Of a DNA stretch of 64,000 bases, positions 7,378 to 18,375 are shown one piece after another. The notes beneath the pieces were generated by a model that did no database searches, was not told the DNA's origin, and saw only the letters and a list, made by a program, of their open reading frames with translations. Source of the DNA: Anaerolineales bacterium UBA5796 (GTDB taxonomy: Bacteria > Chloroflexota > Anaerolineae > Anaerolineales > Villigracilaceae); NCBI GenBank assembly GCA_002418215.1, contig DIDQ01000119.1, forward strand, positions 1 to 64,000. The letters run 5' to 3'. The position numbers were made by a program, and so were the translations under genes. Numbering within the stretch: the first letter of the stretch is position 1; each line of letters begins with the position of its first letter.

Positions 7378-10300
7378 ATGCTTCAAAAATTTGTCAATAT
7401 TTTCGGGGGCGACCCCAATAAAAAAGAAATCAACAAGATCAGCGAGATCGTCGAGCAGGTCAACGCCTTCGAGCCGCAGTTCGAAGAACTCAGCAACGAC
7501 GCCTTGCGCGCCAAAACGGACGAGTTCCGGGCGTTGTTGAAGTCTGAGTTGGAAGGCGTCGAGAACGAAGACGAGCGCAAGAAAATCGAGCAGGCCGTCC
7601 TCGACGAGCTCCTGCCCGAGGCCTACGCCGTCGTCCGCGAAGTCTCGAAACGGACCCTGGGCATGCGTCCCTTCGACGTGCAGATGATCGGCGGGATCGT
7701 GTTGCACCGGGGCCAGATCGCCGAGATGCGCACCGGCGAAGGCAAGACCCTGGTCGCCACCCTGCCGATCTACCTCAACGCCCTCACCGGGCGCGGCGTC
7801 CACCTGGTCACGGTCAACGATTACCTGGCCCGGCGTGACGCCCGCTGGATGGCCCCCATCTACCACTTCCTCGGCCTGTCAGTGGGCGTGCTGCAAATGG
7901 CTGCCGCCACCGAGAACGGCAAGAAAGCCTTCATCTACGATCCCGAAAAAGAATCCACCCAGGAAGACCAGCACCAGTTGCGCCTGGTGGACCGCCGCCG
8001 GGCCTACGAAGCCGACATCACTTACGGCACCAACGCCGAGTTCGGCTTCGATTACCTACGCGACAACATGACCATGCGCCTCGAAGACCGCGTTCAGCGG
8101 GGCCACTATTACTGCATCATTGACGAAGTGGACAACGTGCTGATAGACGAGGCCCGCACCCCGCTCATCATCTCCGGCCCAGCCTCGGGCGACCTGGAAT
8201 GGTACGGGCGCATGGCCCAGATCGTCAAGCAACTCAAGCCTGAAGATTACGAACTGAGCGAGAAAGACCGCAGCATCTCGCTGACCGAGATAGGCGTGGC
8301 CCACGTCGAACAACTGCTCGGCCAGCCGCTGATGGACCCCGACCGGCCCGAAGACCTGAACCCGGAGCAGGCCCGGCTGATGGGCTACCTCGAACAGGCC
8401 CTGCGCGCCCAGTACCTGTTCCACCGAAACAAGGATTACCTCGTCCAGGCTGGCAAGGTGGTCATCGTGGATACCTTCACCGGCCGCCTGATGCCCGGAC
8501 GCCGCTGGAGCGACGGCCTGCACCAGGCTGTGGAAGCCAAGGAAGGTGTGCGGGTGGAGCCTGAGAACATCACCTACGCCACCATTACTCTGCAAAACTA
8601 TTACCGCATGTACGAAAAACTCTCCGGCATGACCGGCACCGCCCTGACCGAGGCCGAAGAGTTCAGCAAGATCTACAAACTCGAAGTCCTGCCCATCCCC
8701 ACCAACCTGGAACACAACGCCACCCGTCCCGGCTCGCCGCTGGTGGAGCGCAAGGACAAGGACGAAGACGGCTACGAGTATTCGTTCTTCATGCCAAGAG
8801 ACGCCACCTCCGATAACGGGCCGGTGCTTTGGCGGCGCAAGGATTACCCCGACGTGATCTTCCGCTCGCAGGAGGCCAAGCTGCGCAACATCGTGCGCGA
8901 GGTGGTCTTCAACCACGCACTTGGGCGTCCCCTGCTGATCGGCACCACCTCGGTCGAAAGTTCCGAGCGCCTGTCGGAGCGGCTGCGGGCCGAACCGGTG
9001 CGCCGCCTGATGCAGGTCCTGCTTATCCGGGATGCCTGGATGGGGGCCAACGGCCGCGAAGAAGACGGGCGGCTCATCCCTGAACTTGTACCGTTGAACG
9101 CGCCCCTCGAACGGATCCAGGCCCCGGACCTGCGCCAGTTCGCCCGTCCGCTGGAGTTATCTCTCAATCCCGAGGACCAGGCCAACCTGTCGCGGTTGAT
9201 CGAACTGCTGGGGTTGTCGGCGGAGAACCATGACCGGCTGAAGTCGGTGCTCCAGGGCGGAGTCCCGCATCAAGTTCTCAACGCCCGCAAACATACTGAG
9301 GAAAGCCAGATCATCGCCGGGGCGGGCGCGTTCGGGGCAGTGACCATCGCTACCAACATGGCCGGTCGCGGGGTGGACATCAAGCTCGGCGGCGAGATGG
9401 CCGAGGAGATCATTGCCATCGTCAACCGGGTGCTGAAACGCACCGAGGCCGAAGACCCCTACGAGATGAGCATGGAGGAGCGCCGTCAGGCCCTGCTCAA
9501 GCTCGACCCCTCGGAATACGGCATCTACGAAGCCGAGATCAAACACTTTTTGCAATACTTCGAAGACATGGCCCAGGTGAAAGCCCTGGGCGGCCTGCAC
9601 GTGATCGGCTCGGAACGCCACGAAGCCCGACGGATTGACAACCAGCTGCGCGGCCGCGCCGCCCGCCAGGGCGACCCCGGCTCGTCGCGCTTCTACCTCT
9701 CGCTCGAAGACGACCTGATGCGGCTCTTCGGCGGGCAGCAGGTCAGCGGCTTGATGGACCGCCTGAAAGTGGACGAGTCGCTGCCGCTGGAGGCAAAGCT
9801 GGTCAGTAACATCGTCGAAGGCTCGCAGCACCGGGTGGAAGGGGCCAACTTCGACGTCCGCAAGCACCTGCTCGAATACGACGACGTGCTCAACTCGCAG
9901 CGCGAACGCATCTATTCGCAGCGCGACCGGGTCTTCACCAAAGACGACCTGACCGACGACGTGGCCGGCATGCTCCAGGCCGAGGTCGAGACCCGCGTCC
10001 CGGCTGCCCTGGCCGACGAGGAAGGCCCATGGAAGCTGCTGGCCTGGCTCGAACAGACCCAGCCGACCTTCAACACCGCCGACGGGCTGTTCCCGTCTTA
10101 CACCTATCGCCTGCTGCTGGACGAGATCGAGGACGGCAGCCGCGAACAGATCCTGTCCCTGGTGCGCCGGGCCGTCGAGACCGAGAACGGGCACATCTGG
10201 CGCGCCGTCGCTGCCACGATAGACCGCACCGCTGAAAGCCTCGACAGCCAGATGGATGAACGCCGGGAGGCCCTGGAGACCTTCCTGGAGGCCCTGGGCG

Positions 10301-11391
10301 ACCGCGATGAGACCGACACCCGCCGCCCACAGGAACTCCTCGAGGAATTGCAGTCCCTCGCCCGCGTGCCCCTGCGCCTGAACAACGAACAACTGCGCCA
10401 ACTGGCGGACGACCCCGAAGGCCTTGCAGACGATATCGAAGAACAGGTCGAACAGGCGCTCACCGCAATTGCCGTCTCCCGCCTGCTGTCCACACTCGAA
10501 TACCGCCTGGGCGAATCGCTCAGCCTCGACAAGAACATCCTGGCCCGCCTCGAATGGGACGAATTGGTCGGGAAGATCACCGGCGCGGCCCGCCGGGCGC
10601 TCGAGGGCCGCCTCGAAATGCTGGTGAGCCAGGCCGGGCGCGACCTCGACATCCTGCTCCAGCGCGGCCGGCCGCAGAGCGACGATGAACGCATCCGCCT
10701 GCTGGGGTCGCTTTCCCAGGGGTCCCGCACCGCCTTCGACGCCAAAACCCACCGCCAGGTCCGGCAATCCTTCGCCCGCTTCAATTATCTCTTCCTGGCC
10801 GCAAAATTGCTGGAAAACCGCAGCGATGGAGCCGTGGCCGAGGACGTGCTGGAGCATCTCGAAATAGCCCAGGAGACGCTGGGACGCGCCTGGGGGACCA
10901 GCGAATACGCCCGCCTGTCCCGGAACGCCGCATCCCTCGCGGACTTTGGGCCGGCTGCCGCTATTTTCACCGAGTCGCGTCGGGAGGCATCTCCCGCCTC
11001 CCTGTCTGACGAGGAGCGCGAGACCCTGATGGAGTCGCTCAGCCGCGCCGTCCAGACCCAGATCTACCGCCAGGTGCTGCTCAACGCCATCACCGAACTC
11101 TGGGTGGAGTACCTGACCAAGGTCGAAGCCCTGCGGGTTGCCATCGGGCTGGAGGCTTACGCCCAGCGTGACCCGCTGGTACAATACAAGACCCAGGCCT
11201 CCGAAATGTTCCAGAACCTGCTGGGCGATATCCGCTCAGCGGTGGTCAGCCGCATCTTCCTGTACCAGCCCCGGGCTTACGCCGCCGCCCGCATCGTCGA
11301 AAGCGAAGAAACCGTCCTGTCCCAGCCCCAGCCGGTCACGGCCGCGGCCCAGGACGGCGGCAAAAAGAAAAAGAAGCGCAAACGACATTAG
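7378..11391 (+). CDS. secA: Preprotein translocase ATPase SecA; unusually long at 1337 aa, with insertions in NBD2 and a Lys/Arg-rich C-terminal tail that has no zinc finger
   Basis: It carries the Walker A motif MRTGEGKTLVA, the DEAD-like motif DEVDNVLIDEARTPLIIS and the conserved SecA motif RGRAARQGDPGSSRFYLSLEDDL. The tail ends GGKKKKKRKRH with no cysteines. Confidence 0.95.
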   Translation: MLQKFVNIFGGDPNKKEINKISEIVEQVNAFEPQFEELSNDALRAKTDEFRALLKSELEGVENEDERKKIEQAVLDELLPEAYAVVREVSKRTLGMRPFDVQMIGGIVLHRGQIAEMRTGEGKTLVATLPIYLNALTGRGVHLVTVNDYLARRDARWMAPIYHFLGLSVGVLQMAAATENGKKAFIYDPEKESTQEDQHQLRLVDRRRAYEADITYGTNAEFGFDYLRDNMTMRLEDRVQRGHYYCIIDEVDNVLIDEARTPLIISGPASGDLEWYGRMAQIVKQLKPEDYELSEKDRSISLTEIGVAHVEQLLGQPLMDPDRPEDLNPEQARLMGYLEQALRAQYLFHRNKDYLVQAGKVVIVDTFTGRLMPGRRWSDGLHQAVEAKEGVRVEPENITYATITLQNYYRMYEKLSGMTGTALTEAEEFSKIYKLEVLPIPTNLEHNATRPGSPLVERKDKDEDGYEYSFFMPRDATSDNGPVLWRRKDYPDVIFRSQEAKLRNIVREVVFNHALGRPLLIGTTSVESSERLSERLRAEPVRRLMQVLLIRDAWMGANGREEDGRLIPELVPLNAPLERIQAPDLRQFARPLELSLNPEDQANLSRLIELLGLSAENHDRLKSVLQGGVPHQVLNARKHTEESQIIAGAGAFGAVTIATNMAGRGVDIKLGGEMAEEIIAIVNRVLKRTEAEDPYEMSMEERRQALLKLDPSEYGIYEAEIKHFLQYFEDMAQVKALGGLHVIGSERHEARRIDNQLRGRAARQGDPGSSRFYLSLEDDLMRLFGGQQVSGLMDRLKVDESLPLEAKLVSNIVEGSQHRVEGANFDVRKHLLEYDDVLNSQRERIYSQRDRVFTKDDLTDDVAGMLQAEVETRVPAALADEEGPWKLLAWLEQTQPTFNTADGLFPSYTYRLLLDEIEDGSREQILSLVRRAVETENGHIWRAVAATIDRTAESLDSQMDERREALETFLEALGDRDETDTRRPQELLEELQSLARVPLRLNNEQLRQLADDPEGLADDIEEQVEQALTAIAVSRLLSTLEYRLGESLSLDKNILARLEWDELVGKITGAARRALEGRLEMLVSQAGRDLDILLQRGRPQSDDERIRLLGSLSQGSRTAFDAKTHRQVRQSFARFNYLFLAAKLLENRSDGAVAEDVLEHLEIAQETLGRAWGTSEYARLSRNAASLADFGPAAAIFTESRREASPASLSDEERETLMESLSRAVQTQIYRQVLLNAITELWVEYLTKVEALRVAIGLEAYAQRDPLVQYKTQASEMFQNLLGDIRSAVVSRIFLYQPRAYAAARIVESEETVLSQPQPVTAAAQDGGKKKKKRKRH

Positions 11392-11406
11392 AAATCCGGT
11401 GTCCAG

Positions 11407-12453
11407 TTGAAAAAAGACAAGACAACGGCCTCTCTCAATATTTATAAGGTATTGCCCAAGGTCGAATTGCACCGCCACCTGGAGGGATCGCTGCGTATTG
11501 CCACCATGCTGGAGATCGCCGAACAGCACGGCGTCACCGTCCCGCCCAGCATCGTGGACTTGAGCAGCCTGGTCCAGGTGCAAGATGAAGAGCCGTTCAC
11601 TTTCACCAATTTCCTCGAAAAATTCAAAACCCTGCGCCTGTTCTACCGCTCGCCGGAGGTGATAGACCGCATCACCCGCGAAGCCATCGAAGACGCGGCC
11701 CGCGACAACGTGCGCTACATGGAACTGCGCTTCACGCCGGTGGCCCTCAGCCGGGCCGAGGGTTTCCCGCTCCACGACGTGATGGCCTGGGTCTGCAAGT
11801 CCACCCGCAGGGCCGCCGACGAATTCGGCATCACCGTGCGCCTGATCGCCTCGGTCAACCGCCACGAGAGTGTCGAACTGGCCGAGCAGGTGGCCTGGCT
11901 GGCCGCCGGTCACATCGAAGACGGCATCCTGGGCCTCGACCTGGCCGGGAACGAAGCCGAGTATCCCGCCAGGCCGTTCGAAGGCATCTTCAAGGAGGCC
12001 CGCCAATCCGGCCTGAAGACCACCGTCCACGCCGGGGAGTGGGGCGGCGCGCAAAATGTGGGCGAGGCCATCCAGGTGTTCGACGCCGACCGCATCGGCC
12101 ATGGCGTGCGCGTCCTCGAAGACCCGTCGGTGGCGGCGCTGGCCCGCGAGCGCGGTGTCGTGTTCGAGGTCTGCATCACCAGCAACCTCCAGTCCGGCGT
12201 GGTGTCCGCCGTCAGCGCCCACCCCCTGGCAGCCATGCTTGGGTCCGGGCTGAACGCCACCCTCAACACCGACGACCCCAGCGTCTCGCGCATCACCCTG
12301 ACCCACGAGTTCAAGCTGGCCGCCGAAGACCTGGGCCTGCCGTTCGAGGCGCTCAAGGAACGGGTGCTGGCCGCGGCCAGGGCCTCCTTCCTGCCGGATG
12401 CCGAGCGTATGCTGCTGGTCGCAGAAGTGGAAAGCAAATTGGCTCGCTTATGA
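11407..12453 (+). CDS. add: Adenosine deaminase
   Basis: Contains ELHRHLEGS, SVNRHES and HAGE metal-ligand motifs. The start is TTG. Confidence 0.85.
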   Translation: MKKDKTTASLNIYKVLPKVELHRHLEGSLRIATMLEIAEQHGVTVPPSIVDLSSLVQVQDEEPFTFTNFLEKFKTLRLFYRSPEVIDRITREAIEDAARDNVRYMELRFTPVALSRAEGFPLHDVMAWVCKSTRRAADEFGITVRLIASVNRHESVELAEQVAWLAAGHIEDGILGLDLAGNEAEYPARPFEGIFKEARQSGLKTTVHAGEWGGAQNVGEAIQVFDADRIGHGVRVLEDPSVAALARERGVVFEVCITSNLQSGVVSAVSAHPLAAMLGSGLNATLNTDDPSVSRITLTHEFKLAAEDLGLPFEALKERVLAAARASFLPDAERMLLVAEVESKLARL

Positions 12454-12628
12454 CGCCACCACGCAGGCGCAAAGACCGTCAAAGGCGCTCCTTTGCGGAT
12501 TTTGCGATTGTGTGGTGACCTTTAACCACCCTCACCCCACCCCTGCTTTGGTGGTCGAGTAGGACGAAGTCCGCCTCGAGACCAGGGAGAGGGGCAAGGG
12601 GCGAGGGATCAGACCAAAGGAGACTCCC

Positions 12629-15364
<2,736 letters not shown>

Positions 15365-15384
15365 TAAGTGTTGCGTATTGCGTA

Positions 15385-15464
15385 AAGAGAGACTCGCCGG
15401 GAGGCGAGTCTCTTCACTTTTGCCTAAGGCACGGATATCAACAAGACCGGCTCACCGCCGGTCT
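15385..15464. terminator. Two hairpins between convergent acnA and the flotillin gene (AGAGAGACTCGCCgggaGGCGAGTCTCTT and AGACCGGCtcaccGCCGGTCT)
   Basis: GC-rich perfect stems in a convergent intergenic region. They look like bidirectional terminators. Confidence 0.65.
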
Positions 15465-15471
15465 CTCTTGT

Positions 15472-17463
15472 TTACTTCGGTTGCTTGGGTCCCGATTTCT
15501 TCTCCATATCCTTGCGGATTTGCTCGCGCAAGGTTTCGGCGGCAGCCGAGCGGGGCTGCTGGGCGGCGGTATCGGCCATGGCTCCGAACCGCTCTGAGAG
15601 CAGCATGGTCAGCAGGCCTTCCATGATACTGCTGCTGGTGGAACTGGCGCCATCTTCGCCGCCACCGCTACTGACGACCACACGCGGCACCACGTCCACG
15701 CCGGATTGCTGGATGGCCTCGGCGAAGCGGTTGAGCACCTGCTGGGTTACCTGGAACTGCGGCCCGCCGTAAGCCCGGACCTGTTCCTCTGTAGCCAGGG
15801 CTTGAGCAATACCCACGCGGGCAACTTTCTCCGCTTCGGCTTCGGCCAGGGCGCGGATTTGGGCTGCCTGCTGGATTGAACGCTGGTACTCGGCCTTCCC
15901 CTGGTCGGTCTGGATATTGATGTTCAACTCGGCTTCGGTCATCCTGGTCTGCATCTGGGCACGCGCCTCAGCCTCGCGCAGTTCTCGTTCCTTGACAGCG
16001 GCCTGCTCCTGCCGCCCGTAGGTTTCGATCTGCTCTGTGGCGATCTGCCGCGAGCGCAATTGGGTCAGGATGGTCTCGATCTGCTTATCTTCGGCAGATG
16101 AAGTCGGCGTGCCGATCAGCACCTCTTCCAGTTCGAGGTTGTAATGCTCGAATTTGGCCTTCATCTCCGAGCTGGCAATATCCTGGATGGCGCTGCGCTC
16201 CTGGATGAGTTGGATCAGCGTGCGGGTCTGGCCGATGTTCTTGAAATAGGCGGCCACCATAGGGTCCAGGGTTTGTTCGACCAGGCGTTTGATGTCGCCG
16301 AAGCGCTGGATCACCAGTGGGGCCTTCTGATAGTCAATGTGGATGACGACCGAGAGCGGCAGCGACGGCTCGAACGCATCCTTGGTGATCAGCGAGACCT
16401 CAGTCAGGTTCTCATCGTAGCGGTGCGCGCCGACTTCGGTATGGATCCATTTCAGAATGATGTTCGTCGTCGGGACGGAGATCACGCTCCCGGCGTAGGT
16501 GTTGAAGGCATACTTGCCGGGCAGCAGGGGTTCGCTCCACACACCCCGGTTCCCCCTTTCCACCAACTCGCCGTGACGATATTCTGACCCTGAAATATCG
16601 GCTCCCGTGGTGCCGGTATAAGACACCACCACGCCCACGTTGCCAACCTCGATGATGGTTTTTTGGATCATCTCTACCGTGGCGAACAGGCGGTCGATGT
16701 AATACGTGCCTTCCACCAATACCTGTAGCTGGCGGCCACGGAAGCCGCCCGCCGCCAGGAAGTGGTCGGCATCCTGGAAGTTGTTGTGATAGGTTTCCGG
16801 CTGGCTGACATCATCGCCAACGATAGGTGCGATGATCTCACCCTGGGTCAGGGATGGGCCGTCGTGGACCGTCACGATGCCAACCTTGTCATCCGTATCC
16901 TTGATGACCACGGGGCGAAAACCGCCGCGCTGGGCAATTACCTCGGCCATGCTACGGATAGTCTCGGCTTCCTCTTTGCTCAAAGAAATGGTGTAAATGC
17001 GCTCATCCGTGATGACGATGAACTGCACCAGGTTGATGGCATAGGTCCCCTCCCTCAGGATGCGCCGCTGGGGGCCGCGCTGCCCGCCGTTTCTCAGGAA
17101 GTTCTCGACATCCTGGAAATCCTGGACCGCGGCATTGGAGGCCAGCACCTGGGCCGGTTCCAACTGCATACCGTCGCGGGCAAAAATGTAGCCGATCTTG
17201 CCCTGCGAGATGGTTACCAGCGGCATGGTATGGACTACAAATTGGATAGGCATCAGGTAGTGCAGGCCACCGCGCAGGATTTTCGGCTGGTAACCGGCCT
17301 CCCCGTTCAGGGCGATCAGGCCTGATTTGACCGAGCCTTTGCCGCTGAACCGTTTCTCAACGATACCGATCCGGTTGTTGGGGATGAACCGTATTCCTGA
17401 AAGGATAATCAGGACGACGATCCCGATAGGCACCAGATACAATGCAAGAAGAATGTCCAACAT
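15472..17463 (-). CDS. Flotillin-like SPFH/band-7 protein (YqiK/FloT family)
   Basis: It has an N-terminal transmembrane segment, an SPFH core, and a C-terminal flotillin-type region rich in Ala, Glu and Gln coiled-coil repeats (AEAEAEKVARVGIAQALATEEQ). Confidence 0.8.
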   Translation of the reverse strand: MLDILLALYLVPIGIVVLIILSGIRFIPNNRIGIVEKRFSGKGSVKSGLIALNGEAGYQPKILRGGLHYLMPIQFVVHTMPLVTISQGKIGYIFARDGMQLEPAQVLASNAAVQDFQDVENFLRNGGQRGPQRRILREGTYAINLVQFIVITDERIYTISLSKEEAETIRSMAEVIAQRGGFRPVVIKDTDDKVGIVTVHDGPSLTQGEIIAPIVGDDVSQPETYHNNFQDADHFLAAGGFRGRQLQVLVEGTYYIDRLFATVEMIQKTIIEVGNVGVVVSYTGTTGADISGSEYRHGELVERGNRGVWSEPLLPGKYAFNTYAGSVISVPTTNIILKWIHTEVGAHRYDENLTEVSLITKDAFEPSLPLSVVIHIDYQKAPLVIQRFGDIKRLVEQTLDPMVAAYFKNIGQTRTLIQLIQERSAIQDIASSEMKAKFEHYNLELEEVLIGTPTSSAEDKQIETILTQLRSRQIATEQIETYGRQEQAAVKERELREAEARAQMQTRMTEAELNINIQTDQGKAEYQRSIQQAAQIRALAEAEAEKVARVGIAQALATEEQVRAYGGPQFQVTQQVLNRFAEAIQQSGVDVVPRVVVSSGGGEDGASSTSSSIMEGLLTMLLSERFGAMADTAAQQPRSAAAETLREQIRKDMEKKSGPKQPK

Positions 17464-17597
17464 TTTTTGTTCCTTTTGATTTTTATCGGCTACGTAATAT
17501 GCACATCATAATACGCTTTCCCGTGAATTGGCCGCGAGAGAGATGGGTCCTTTGGGTCCGCGTTATGTTATTCACCCTGGAAGGCCTGGGAGTTGTC

Positions 17598-18314
17598 TTA
17601 CCTGGACGCCGCCAAATACAACACCGCTGCCAGCAGGAGCACCGCAACTATCAAGGCCAGGCCGGCCACAGCCCAATTGCCCATGTAACCGAAGACTATG
17701 CCTGCCGCAATCGCCAGGGTGATGGCCTGCATGGCCCGCAGCGTCTCGAGGCGGCGGCCGAGCAGGGGCTTGATCCCGGCCGGCCACAACAGCAGGCCGC
17801 CGACCAACCCAAGCAGGCTGACCGCCGATCCGATCAGGAAGACCTGCATCCCGCCGATGCCGCTGAAGGGCAGGAGCATCGTACCGCAGGTGCCCTCGCG
17901 CGACTCGAACTGGTACTCCGGCAGGATGAAAACCTTCGCCAGCACGAAGAAGCGCAGGTCCACATCATTCTCCGAAACCGTCCATTCCATTGTCCCGGTC
18001 TCCCCGGCGGGGATCGTCAGGCGGGCTTCCTCGAAGCGGAAAAGACCCCGGTTGCTGATCGTGATTCGCACGAGCGGTTCGATCGTTTTCCCGGCGTTAT
18101 TCGCCGCCTTGATGCTGACCACGCCGGTTTCGTCCTGGGTCAGGAAGACCGGGCAGGTCACGGTCAGGGGCTGTTCGCCTATTTTCTGGAAATTGTAAAA
18201 GGTGGCTTCCAGGTCAGGCCATAACAGCCCGACGGTCAGCAAGAGGCCAATCACAACGCCAACAGCGAAAAGGGCCAATCCCAGCTTGTGCTGGTATTTC
18301 GATGGGGTACTCAT
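17598..18314 (-). CDS. Membrane protein (238 aa) encoded with flotillin
   Basis: It has two hydrophobic end segments and a soluble middle. It converges onto the flotillin gene start region. Confidence 0.55.
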   Translation of the reverse strand: MSTPSKYQHKLGLALFAVGVVIGLLLTVGLLWPDLEATFYNFQKIGEQPLTVTCPVFLTQDETGVVSIKAANNAGKTIEPLVRITISNRGLFRFEEARLTIPAGETGTMEWTVSENDVDLRFFVLAKVFILPEYQFESREGTCGTMLLPFSGIGGMQVFLIGSAVSLLGLVGGLLLWPAGIKPLLGRRLETLRAMQAITLAIAAGIVFGYMGNWAVAGLALIVAVLLLAAVLYLAASR

Positions 18315-18375
18315 AGTTGCAGATCAACTTCCTTCTTGAGGAGATATTCACAAACCGTTCGTATTTTACACGCTT

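Noticed and set aside
7210-11184. Long minus-strand ORFs of 218, 286, 675 and 226 aa running opposite to secA
   Set aside because: They overlap a well-conserved secA frame. The ORFs are Arg/Gly/Ala-rich, which is a typical antisense artefact in a 65% GC genome. They have no motifs.
11236-12518. ORFs antisense to, or in alternative frames of, the add gene (356 aa, 190 aa, 159 aa)
   Set aside because: GC-rich spurious frames. The adenosine deaminase frame carries the conserved motifs.
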